Assembly (NCBI GenBank): GCA_002269645.1
Contig: NIVC01000759.1
Location: forward strand, 248,001-312,000
DNA: 64,000 nucleotides
Source: Macrostomum lignano
Taxonomy: Eukaryota
Direction: 5' to 3'
The translations under genes and the position numbers were made by a program. Under the pieces are notes generated by a model. It was not told the origin of the DNA, ran no database searches, and saw only the letters and a program-made list of their open reading frames with translations. Positions 1 through 12,500 of the stretch are shown piece by piece (position 1 is the first letter of the stretch; each line of letters begins with the position of its first letter).

Positions 1-312
1 TTTGTTGCCATGACAACCTTCCTGCGCATTTGGAGTGTCAGGTTTGACCTTCCTCATCCTCAACTTCTACTCATAACCAGAAAAACAATGCTGGGACAGG
101 GATCGGGATTGGACTAGATTGGATCCTTGGCCTCTCATTCTGACTGGCTGTAGACGAGATAAACAAAGCCTAAACAGAGGATGGCATAAGATGGGGTGTT
201 AACTGGCTGCAAGGCTGGAAGCGGAGTGTCGACTAGAAGTTTTCAATATCGCCCGAATCCGAGAGAGACACTCAAGCAAAAAGTAATTTAAACACAGTGT
301 TCAGCACAGATC

Positions 313-514
313 ATGCAGTCCAGCAGCGAGAGCCGGTCGGCTCAACTGGTCTTGATCTGCTTTGCCGTGCTTCAAATGGCACCGTCTGTGCTCAACTACT
401 CCGATATTGGTAAGAGTGATCCAGCTTCGGCTGGAGTAGCTGCAGGTTGCTTGGACAAGCCAGGCGGGTGTGACGAAGAGATGCTGCCTAGCCTTGCTGA
501 CTCACTCGTCGTCG
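313..514 (+). CDS. PKD1-like 5' exons: signal peptide (LVLICFAVLQMA) and start of first discoidin-like module
   Basis: ATG at 313, hydrophobic stretch, donor G|GTAAG at 409/410, acceptor TGCAG| at 445, donor G|GTATT at 514/515. The 36-nt intron is in frame and may be retained. Confidence 0.6.
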
Positions 515-3500
515 GTATTGAAGGTGGCGCGCAGCAGGCCATGTCACACCCCCACATAGCGTTGACTTTCTTGCAACGTAGAATAATTTCGGTCAATTTT
601 GTTGGCTGCAAAATCTTATTCCTAATTTCGGGTTTTGTTATACTGTTAAAATGATAGTCTAGTTGCGATTTACATTTTTCTAAGCCTTACAATAAAAAGT
701 ACTTCCTTAGCAGAATATTCTGGTCCCATCAACAGTTGTAAAAGTACCTCACTGTACTCTTAAAGGATAAAATGATCAATAATTCTTGAGTTCCTAAAAA
801 TTCTTTACGCTATCAATCACCGGCCATCAAAGCTCCTTTTAAAGGTTTCTAAGTGTCACGTACGTTCTTCTGGACGAAATAAATCTAGCTTAAGTAAGAG
901 AGTTGCAGGCGAGTCTTAGGGAGTTGCAGACGAATCCCAATCAGGTAAATCTCAATCACCTGCAGCGAGTCCCAATCACCTGCAGCGAGTCCCAATCACC
1001 TGCAAGAGAGTCCCAATCACCTGCAAGAGAGTCCCAATCACCTGCAGTGAGTCCCAATCACCTGCAAGAGAGTCCCAATCACCTGCAGTGAGTCCCAATC
1101 ACCTGCAGCGAGTCCCAATCACATGCAGCGAGTCCCAATCACCTGCAGCGAGTCCCAATCACCTGCAGCGAGTCCCAATCACCTGCAAGCGAGTCCCAAT
1201 CACATGCAGCGAGTCCCAATCACCTGCAGCGAGTCCCAATCACCTGCAGCGAGTCCCAATCACATGCAGCGAGTCCCAATCACCTGCAGGCGATGATCAG
1301 CCACTCGTGACCTACGGGCCGCACCAGGTCAGCGCAGTGGGCGCCTCGTACGCCGAGTTTCCGCCTGTCGCCGTGAAGCTCAGCTGGTCGACGGACGGCG
1401 AGCCCAGCCTGGCCAACCAGTCCTGCAACAACGGCTTCGCCGCTTCCGACTACCTGCTGTTCGAGTTCGACCTCGCCAACCTCATCTGGGGCTACGTGAT
1501 CGGCCAGGACTCGCCGGAAATCTACGTGAAGACATTTCACCTGGCCTACGGCAGCTTGCTGGAGTCGCTGCAGACCTACGGGGGCAGCGCACCGGCTCTG
1601 CTGCCGGGCATCAACAGCAGCGACATGATCAACCAGACCTACTCGCTGCCACACGGCAGCATCCAGGCCAGGGTGCTGAAGCTCACGCCGGTGGATTTCG
1701 TTGGCAACAAGTCGATCAAGATCGAGTTCATCGGTCTGCCCGCTGGTGAGGAAAATGCAGGGTTGTTACGGTGCCCCCTGGATAGCGCCTCCCCCCTCCC
1801 CCTCGAGGTGGAGCCTCTGGTATTGACGCCTCTCGCTGTCGACCCTCGGCACGCGCTGCGCCCCCTCCCCAAAGGCGCCTCCAGGACATAACCAGGTTCA
1901 CCAGGAGCTAAAATGACTCTGAATGGCGGGCTCGTGACTGTATTCTGCTGTCTAGGAGGCTAGCGGGTGTCGAAAGACTCAATATTCTACTCTCAAAACA
2001 GTACTTCCACTGTCTAAAAATGCTTAAAATGGACGTGAGGACTGGCGGACAGAGGTATAGTGCAAGATTCACCGAGCTGGCTTAAGAAGCTCTGCACCGC
2101 CACTTCACCTGCCCGGCCAAGCAAAATGAATTTGACTTACGAAAAGTAAAGTATCGGTACATACTCGGTGATCACTAGCAGCTATCCCAAGCTCTAATAT
2201 ACCTCTTCATCTAGCTAGTTAAGTAGACTGTCTTTATGACAGTTCAGCTCAGAAAATATTCACATGTGCCCCATCCAGCCCGGCACTTTGGGCTTCCGTC
2301 ACAAACACGGCAGCTCATTTTCCATTGCTCACTATTTCGTCTCCAAAGTGCGTCCGCACTGTATCCGGGCTCTTCTTGCTTAAGTTCTGCTTCAGTGTGG
2401 TTCAGCCTCCCGCAACAGCCATTGATGAAGCGCGCTCAAAAAGTCAGCTTTGCCATTTTCGCCTACCTATTAATGATAACGCGGTAGATTGTCCGTTGGC
2501 AGCTTTTTCTGCACCCACAGATAAAGCAGACCATTGCGAGCGTACTATTAAGCTCACGCCCAGCTTCCATCAGGTTGAGAGCAGCAAGGTCTGACAGATC
2601 ACGCTTCTTTAACTCAGGCGCATCTCCATTTCGATTGCAGAAAAGCTATCCAAATCCTTTAGCACCAGCACTACCCTACGCCGCTCTCTACCACATGCTC
2701 TCTTCCAGTCTCTCCAATACTGCCTTGTACGCAAACTCAGAGTGCTCCAACTTCGCTACTGGCTTCAATGCGTCACTCTGAAGGCACTGTCTAAGCTGCT
2801 ATAACTCGTACACCTGTAACGAGGGTGCAGCATCTTCTTTTGATATGCTTGCTTGAACCACGCTTTGCTGCCAGTTTTGCTGTGGAGACGAAAGAACATG
2901 TTTGAATATGTTTGGTTTTACGAGCGTATGTTTGAATCAGACCAAAAACATAGGGCACTGATCGACACAAAAAATGTCATACAATAAAATTTAATGCATC
3001 CTCTTACTAATAGTAATTTCTGATCGCAGATTTTTGACACTTCAAAACGACGCCACTTGCAGAGTGTCCGCCGATTGAGAGGTACAGACTGGTTCAGCCG
3101 ATCCCGGTGCAGATCAACTCAACATCTGTGACGCTCAGCACTGCAAACTCTCATCACACCGTGTTCTTAATGGACCTGTACCACCTGACCAACGTGACTC
3201 TGACGGGAGCCAACTGCAATCAGTCGCAGACGATGCTCGTCACCTTCGTCGATCATGATAACAATGCCGTGCGCAGCCCGCTGGTGAGTTGAGCTGCTCT
3301 ATTGTCAATGCGAGCTCCGCCTATTTGATCAGCAGAACTTTGACACGCATAGCGCCGCTTCAAATTGACAGAATTTGACAGCCAGCCCAGAGGACGAGCC
3401 CGGCACAATGTACGCCTTGAACGGTACCATCAACGCGGCGAGATTCAGAGTCTACTTCAAAAGCAGAGACTGCGAAAATGTGACCTTCAAACTTTATGGC

Positions 3501-6500
3501 TGCTTGGCAGACGGTATGTTGAATTCAAAAAATCATTTTTAGCTCAGGAAGTGCAACCTCTATTCTACGTGCGAGTAGAGATGAAAGCCAAGAGGAATGC
3601 CATAATAAAAGTATAACAACTTTTAAGTGATTCAGTAAGTCTTTGTGTTCCGTAAAATTTAGCTGTTTAAAAACCAGGCCATAAGATCATAGCTTTTCTC
3701 TCGAGAAATATAAACAGGTATTAATAAGGAATACTAATAAACAGTCGCCGTAGGGCTGTGACTTTTGTAGGCAACGCCTTCCAAGACATCGTCCCACAAC
3801 CAGTGCTGAGGCAATTCTGCCATTCTGCTGACTTCTGAGCACATAGAAGAGTGCGGATGCTGACGCAGGCATGCACTCACACAAACTCACACAAGTTGCA
3901 AAACAGCCCTGATTTTCTTTTCAAAAGACATGTGCACTCTTTGTGCTTTGGAGGCTGGCCTTCGAAAGTTTGTATCGCACGTCAATCCCCTGGCCAAGTT
4001 TTCGCACACAAGGCTCCACTGTTTAGCCTTGTAGCGCTAGCTTCCATAAGAAGTTTCTGGATGCTGGTTTTCCATTGAAGTTGAGAAAATTCCTCAAACA
4101 AACCCCTTACCGCCTCGAAACAATGAACAGCATAAAAACGCGCCATCTTTGCGCTTGAGAGCAGCTCAGACCAGGTTGAGCAGGTCGGCGAAGTCTGCAA
4201 ACAATAGGACGAGGAATAGCAACTCCGCATTGCCAGCTGCAGTTGGCAGTCCCCACGCCGGCGTTGGCTGCCCTGTCAAGAAGTTTGCGACCTGCTGCTT
4301 CACATTAGCAGAAACCAGAAGCTGAGATCTCCTACTCACTACCCAGTACTGTCTGGGCTTTTTTCGCCAATGTCAAACTCCTGTGCTTGTGTTGCAGAAA
4401 CACTGACTTGGTCTGAATGGAAGGCCCATCTTTCAGCTCAATTGTCTTCACGCATCCCAGCGCTCCCAACCCTCTCCCCTTTCTTTCAATATTTCTTTCT
4501 TGCTTCAAAAACACATTGCTTGAGTGCCCTCAGAACTCACCTCGGGAGTCCCAGCTTGGTCTGAACCGGTCGATGAGACGAGGGGGAGGGGCAGAGGCGA
4601 GGGACGGTGCAGGTCATTGAGCCACTTCTCAAGCTTGGGCTAAATAGCGACAATACAGACAGGAAAATTTGGTGGCAAAAATGCAAAGGGAGCTGCAAAG
4701 CTACTCAAAAACCTTGAACTGGTGCTCAATCAGCGTTAGCTGAGAGAACAGCTTTCAGCGGCTATGGTTTTTCGAGGATAATCGATGACAATCCAAGAAA
4801 AATACAGCGCATTCTGCCTCCGCCCTGTCTGCCTTATTCTTCCCCATAGCTACTGAGTGCCGGGGCAGTTCGCCCTTGAATACATGAACCACAAAAAACT
4901 CAAATCCGGGAACTTTGGCTGGAGACTCGGGCATGTTGCAGCTCTCATCTCTCACCCCTCATTTTTTAGCTGCCGACTGTTTGGGCGCACCAAGAATTAA
5001 TTATGCGCTCGTCCCAACCACCCCACAGAATGCCCCGCCTCGTCCTTCTACTTCAACGGCCAGTGCTACTTCGCCGCCAAGCAGCCGCAGCACCGCGTCC
5101 TGGGCCAGCAGCTTTGCGCCGGAATCCGCTGGATGGACAGAGGCCGCCTATTCCTGCCGCGCTCCTTCGAGGACAACATCATCGTCTCCATGTCGGCCTT
5201 GCAGTTCGCTGGGTCCCTGACCAGCGAGTTCATGGTCCACCTGGGCCTGGTCAGGGACGGCAGCGGCTGGGCGATCGAGGGCAGCCCCTCCGCGAAAATA
5301 AAGTGGAGCTTCTGGGAGCCGTTCCAGAGCCAGCCGGAGCACACCTTGGCACTGGCCAACCTGAGCCGCATGAGCTGGTGGGGCTCCACCAACTCGACCA
5401 TTTCCGCCCACGTCATTTGCGAGATCACTGCCGGTGAGGCCTGAAACACGCGATACGCGTTATTAGTGCATCTCGGAATCTCTCAGATCACCGAGAACGT
5501 CTTCTACTGGTAATTTTCACGAGCTAAAACACCCGCCACTCTACTTTTCTCAGCCCGAAGGTGGAACCGCAGCTGCGATGAGCCGTACTTCCTGCCCACA
5601 CTGGACCGCTACTACCCCACTAGCTCGCACGAGGTGGCCGGCTCCACGCCAGAGAACGTCTCCTTGTTCGAAGCGGTGAAGAGGTGCCTTGACGGCTCTT
5701 TCGTGGCCGACTGCAACTATGTCCGGCAGAGCGGGCAGCAGTTCGTCCTGACCAAGAAGCCCGAGAGAGACTTCCATGCCTTCAGCAACGAGGTTCTGAA
5801 CAGCTCCGTTGGAGTTCTTGTCTTCTGCAGGCGTGAGATTTCTATCGCAGTTAATCTTATTTTCAATTGTCTTCAAATCAGCTTGACTTGATGGGATCAG
5901 AACTTGAAGTGAGAACCCTAATCACCGAATTGCAGTACCTGAGGACGAGAAAGTGTTCCAGCGCTTCGGATCTATTAACAGAGTTTCGAAGCCTGCCGTG
6001 AGCACCACTGGGTTGCCCTTGTTCACTTCAACCTTCTGGACCGGAACTCGGCTGACAGTAAGATGAACGAGCTGGTGAAAAACAAGCGGGTGACTTGAAT
6101 ATACGTAGAAAAAATATAATTTCGACGAAAAATATTATTTCAGCTGATTCTACCAAAGAAATACCTGCTACAAAGCATGTTAATGCTTAATTTCATCCCG
6201 AACATTCTCTTCGTCAGTCAAGATCTCAACTTTGTTATGGAGTTTTACAACTATAACGCAAAGAGCTGGGACATGACATCGAATGACTTGAAACTGGGTC
6301 AACCGGTGAGTTTTTCTGAGAAACTTTACCAATGAACTGCAAACTTTACCAATGCACACTGCAAACTTTACCAATGCACACTGAAAACTTTACCAATGCA
6401 CACTGCAAACTTTACCAATGCATACTGCTACCAATGAACATTTTAACACTTTCGAGATGCTTCAGAATTGCATAAAAACAACTTTAACAGTCGGCGTTAT

Positions 6501-9500
6501 GTCGACTGTCTACTGGCTGACGCCGGCGCCCCGGACACTGCCGGTGGCGCGGCCTTTGTTCGCGCCCAAGCCATGAAGCGCGCCCTGTGACGCTGACTTT
6601 TGCCATCCTGACAGCGTATTTTGTTGTTGTTGTTATAAAAACAAGTTTTGATGCTTACCCTCTAAATCTACTGTTGAATTATTTTAGCTGTCTTTAGGTC
6701 TTTACTTTCATGCAGAAGACACAAGGAATTCGCTCCTGACGGACACAATTAATCAAAGTGAAGAGGCATCGAGAAGTCTGAAAAATAAAAGCTTGAGAAG
6801 GCAGCACTCCAGCCTTTCAGCTAATAAATTAAAAAAATTCATATTCCAGGCTCCAATAAAGATACCGAAGTCGACAATTTTCACCCCGGTGTACTACCTC
6901 ATCGTTAACCTGGCCTACACGAACAAACTGCGGTTGACGACAACGTGGGATCGCAGCTTAGGAATCAAAATGGATCTTTTCGTCCGAGCGAAAAACCTAA
7001 CAGGCAAGATGCCAAAGCTTGTAATTGCTTCCATTATTACCAGCAACATAAATTCATAATGACTTCAGATCCATTTGTTTGTTTGACAATGCGCATTACA
7101 GTGATTGATCAGGCAATCTGCAATGGCACTCAATCAGTAACGCTCGAGCACCCCTACCACGGATCCGCCACCCTGCCTTGCTTTCGAAACTCCCTGGTCG
7201 TGTACCAGAAGCTGTCCCCGAACCTGGAGACCGGACGCACCCCAGTCGACTACCGCACTGGATTCGCTCTGGGCCGACCCGCCATGGACTTCAACTTCAC
7301 GCAAGCTGACCAGATGAGCTTCTGGAACGGACTCGACTTCCTCGAGCTGCTGCCGACATACTTTGCGAGTCAGTGGCCGCTGGCACTGAGGCTGGAGGCC
7401 ACGAACTCGCAGGGACTCGGCAAGTATGTCGAGTGCAAAGAGTGGTGGGTCGGGTCTCGAGCGGGCGGCTACCCGATGCACGCGAAAGACTGCCGGACGG
7501 GAACTCTGGACGAGTACACCTTTGTTGAGCTGAACAACGCTCAGTTCGGCCTGTTCTCAAACCTGTCTTGTGCCCAGCCGCTCTCACCGTGGTGGCAAAG
7601 TCAGTGCGATGGCAAAAATCTGATCAAGCTGGCAAAAGACTCGAATGGAGCTCCTCGGTGGATGCCGGACCTGCCTGCCGACAACGGTGTGTCGGTTCGA
7701 ATGCGGCTGTTTGCGCCGAGTATGATCCCAAAGGGTGAGAAAAACACTTCAACTCAAATTTGGGTAACTAAAGTAAATTAAGAGTAACTCAAAGTTACTT
7801 CTTACAGCTTGGCTTTTCTGTTTCATTAATTATTGCTCAACTCATTTGCCTTTACCTATTTCGATCCGAATTTAGCAACAGAATCAGACCAAGTGAGCGA
7901 TGCGTGCACTATGGATGCCGAGTGCTCAAGTGAGAACATGACCGTGTGCATTCCTCGTGGCTCAGCGCTCACGCCTCAGTGCGGCTGCGCGAATCTTCAA
8001 GACCAGAGCCAGCCAGTCTGCACCATCACGGTGGACATGAGCATCGTTGCTTTTAACGTTACTTTCGACCCAGTGCCGGTTCGCGGCTGCGCCAGTCGGT
8101 ACACGGCAACAATCCATCTGAAGCACGCAAGTGGCAGCGCCGACATTCCAGAGGCTGCTCCGCCGAAAGTTCTGGCGAATTTTTTCTCTTACTTTCTGAA
8201 CAAGTCGTCAAGCGTGTATCCTCCAGTTGACCAGGAGTTTTACCTCCAACACAACCCTGTGACTGTCATTGAAGGCAACCTGCAAGGCTCATATAAGCTT
8301 TATGAGGAGTTTGAGTTCGTCATAACCGCCAACTTCACGATGCCGGAAGGAGGCCAGTGCGTCTCAGCGTCCTACCTGTGCATCGGCTTCAGCGCGTCGG
8401 AAAATGAAACGGTGCGCGACTCCGACCCGACTAATAACGCCTTATGCGTTGAAATCGATAGTTTGAAGGAGTGCCAGCCCTTAGGTGACACTGAGCTGAC
8501 AAATTATACATTGCTACATCTGACCCCAAATCCTCTGGTGAGACATCAGAATGTTTCTGTTGGGTACCATCTCTCAGTACACACCAGGAATGTAAGCAGC
8601 GGAATACAGGGTTCGGTGAATGACAACAACTTTATTGTACTTTTGCATCTTACTATCAGTAACTGCCAGAACCTGGCAGGCAATGACGGCCATGTCAAAT
8701 CATGCCTGGCTGAGTCGCTTTCTCGCATCGAAATGAGAGCCGCAAACGAGTCCGTGTTCAAGAGCCGATACGTCAGCGGAGACACTTTCTCTGTCAGCGT
8801 TCATGCTCCACTTTTTGAAATAAGCCAAAATCAGTGCAACAAGACGACACATTTCTGTGTTTTGCTAACGAGTTCAGTGAACTCGTCCTACTCGGAGAGC
8901 AACTTCAGCAACAGCTTGGCATGCCATCCGGTTGAGACATTTTGCACGGTTTGTAAGTATGGCTTGATATTTTTCAGATAATTTCTATACTTTTCATCGG
9001 TAATGACTGTTATAGTTATTGAAATTGCTTTCAGTCTCGGATATCGCACTGCAAACTGTGGCTCCGCTTCGCAACGCCAGCAACCCGTGGGTTCCGGAGT
9101 ATCGCCACACCGCCTCATTCTTATTTGTATTGCAACTGGTCAATGGGTCGAAGATCGACCCCGTGCTGTCTCCCAGCATCAATTTCGAACCCAACATTTC
9201 GATCATATTTCAAAACGCATCCTACGCTCCGCTGGTTATGGAAGGAATCGAATGCGTAGAGGAAGACCGAACTCAAGGCATGGAGGTTGGCCAGCTTGCC
9301 TATGTTGTATGCGATGCTGTATTCTTTCTGAGCTTCCAGCAGTGCACTGCGGAGCAGGTGACCCTGCGGGCTGGAATGATCAACCCGGAAAACCCCAGCT
9401 ACGCAGAAACCAATTTGGAAAATAACTGGAATGAAATTGAAATTTCAAACATTTTTAATTGCGCCGGTAAGATTCTCTATGCAACTTTTTAGAAGCCTAA

Positions 9501-12500
9501 AATTTCTCTTTTTTACACTCTAGAATATAAATAGCACAACCAAACTTTCCTACAGGCCTTAAAATTGATAGCTGGCGGGCAATTCATGATAACTTTACAA
9601 TGCCGGGTGTCGCAGCTAAGTTCCAAATCGCGTGGAGCCTCGGCACCTACATGGATTGCGTCATATCCGTCCAGGACGGGTACAGCGCCACGTGGAATTG
9701 GAAGATAAATGGGAGCATCGACAGCTATCGCAACTATAAATTTACCGTCAGTCACGTGCTGAATCAGCCGTATGGCGAATACTTTGTGAATTACAGTTGC
9801 AGCAATGAAATTAGCCATTTTAAAGAAACAAATATCATTCTGCTTAACCCCAACCTAAATACTTCCTTGACCATCACGACTCTGTACGAGCGCATGCCGG
9901 CACCAAACAATGTTACTTTTCTATTTCGAACAAACGGTACAGGCGATGGATACTTAAAGTTCAATTGCAATTTTACCTTCTATTCAGACAGCGTAAAGTT
10001 TTATCAGGACCTCAAGCTGTACTACGATTTTCCGCTCAGCATTTCGCATGTCTACGATCTTGAGCAATCTTCTGTCACTTCGAATGTGCAGTGCTGGAAC
10101 TCGGGCGGCAATTATACTGAAAACTTCGATCTTCTGTTTTATGCAGCATTTCAAATTTCAGGCGTCAAAATAAGCGTCAATAAATCAGTCCTGCTCACAG
10201 GAGAGCAGTTTCCGGTGCAGCTCACTGTTCAAAATGGTACTGATGTCACCTACACGGTGAACATGACTGATGGTACAAGCCAAGTGATTGTGCATCCCGA
10301 GCCTTTGTCATATACAGAGCCCGTTAACATCACCCACTCATTCAATGATCCTGGAGTCTATGACATCCATGTTCTGGCTTCTAGCCCAATTAATGAGGAG
10401 AGCTCAATTTTGTCTGGAATCATCGTACAGAACACCGTCACTTTAATGACTCAGCCTGAATATTTTAGCGCTAAAGCACCGCAATTTGACTTTCCTTTGA
10501 CCCACACTGGAGCTGTGCCTACGAATGTGACTTGTAAATTCATATTCTCTGAAGCAGAGCTCAATAGAACAGTTAGGCTTCAAAATTTTTCAGAACCTGT
10601 GGTCCTTGACTGCCCTTCACACCTCATCACTGAGGAAATGACTCTGTCGGTTCACTGCTGGAATTTAGTGAGTCAGTACGCCAAAAACTCAACTGTGGTT
10701 TGCAATGAGCCAGTGTCAGGACTTACAGCCAATGCCAGTCACGTGTTTGTCCAGACTGGTCAAAACTTGACAATTACTATTCAAGTGTCCAACGGAACAT
10801 CCGTCCAATTCACAACAAGCTTTGGTGACTCCAGCCCAGAAAAGGTTAAAACATACTCTAGCAAGTACGCGGCGAGCAGTGAGACTCGGTTGGCGCACTT
10901 GTACTCAGCTGCAGGAAACTACACTGTTATAGTCAACGCCTCGAACCCAGTGAGTTGGCAAACAGCTCAGATCAACCCAATCGTTGTTCTGAATCCACTG
11001 ATCAACGTATCCGTCACCTACAGACAAACCGTTCTGTGGCCGTTCGAGGGGGCTGAGTTCGTCATCAACAATGAGCCCAATATGCAAGCTGGTCTTGTTG
11101 TTTGCGATTTCGGGTTCTCTACATACGGATCGAAAAGAATCTTCATCGAAAACCTGACGGACAGCTCAAACGCAGTTGTGACATTCAAATATTCGGTTGA
11201 AGCCATTGGAACTCAGCGTGTGAGCATGAGCTGCTGGAACCCATTGAGCATTGATGGCATCGAGCGGAACTTTTCAATAGTTGTGCTCAAGGACTCTGTA
11301 AAAATAGCCAACTTTAGCACAAACGGGACGGTTTGGCTTGGCACGCCGGTCGAATTCGTGCTTGATATGACAAGTTTCCCAAACGATACCTGCATTCTCG
11401 TGTACTACAATCAGACCAGCCTAATTAATGAAATTTTCGGTGCGCATAATTCCTGCCGGTCCATCGCAACACCGAACAGTCCAGCCTATACACAGGTCAG
11501 TCCCTCTAACTTGCGAATCACCTGGAAGCGAGATCAATCAAAAGTAGGCGTCTATTCTGTCTTGGTTTTCGCCTACAACAATGTGAGCAATGACTCGGCG
11601 CAAACATTTGCCACCGTGATTGACATCCCTTGCTACAAGCCAAGGCTGAGACTGTTTGACTCGGACGCATCTCCATTGCAAGTGTCGTCAGTGCAGACAA
11701 TCAGGAGGTCCGAGCAAATCAACCTCACTGCCGTGGCGCCATACAACTGCTCCAAGCTGACCAACATCAGCACATACTGGACCATCATTGCTGTACAATC
11801 ATCTACCCAGCTTCCTCTGTGCACTCACAACTCCGATCAGTGCTTGGTTCAGCGTCGGGTGTTGCCATACGGGCTGTACAATGTCTCATTCACTGCCGAT
11901 CTGACTGTGGATGCTGCTATGGCAGAGACTGTGTGGATATTGCTGAACGTCTCAAAGACTCCATTGAGTCTAGAAGCTATTACTGGTCCGGAATATGTTT
12001 CATTCAATCAGACCTTCGTGCTAAATGCGTCTGCGACGGCCACGGACTTTGACGTGGAAGATGGAGATCTTAGCGGCATGACGTTCCAGTGGAGCTGCTT
12101 CAGACCTGAAGAGTCAGACTCAGCCAAAACCATCAGCATCCTATCGCAGACTGAAGCCAGAGCGCTCTCAGAACTGAGAGGCTGCTTCGGTAACGGACCC
12201 GGTGTCGTGTACTTGGGAAACGCATCCATTGCGGGATCCCTCACTGTGAACTCATTCGATCTTGTGCCGAACGCAAGCTATGTGTTCCGAGTCCGTCTTA
12301 CAAAAGACACCAGAGAGGTTTGGCAATCAAAGACTGTGTTTGTTGAGTCACAGCCGAAGCCTGTAGGCCGACTTGATTGCGAGCAGAACTGCGGAGCCAA
12401 AGTTGTCGCCAAGAGGCCGCTTGTCTACAGACTTGTGTGCGAGCAGAACTGTGGCCACAAGTTCTTTGCCGTGAGCAGCAACTTGACGATTGTTCGGCTC

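Noticed and set aside
7004-7101. Possible GC-AG intron (ACAG|GCAAG ... TACAG|)
   Set aside because: An in-frame GT-AG alternative (7021-7112) fits equally well, so it cannot be claimed without cDNA.
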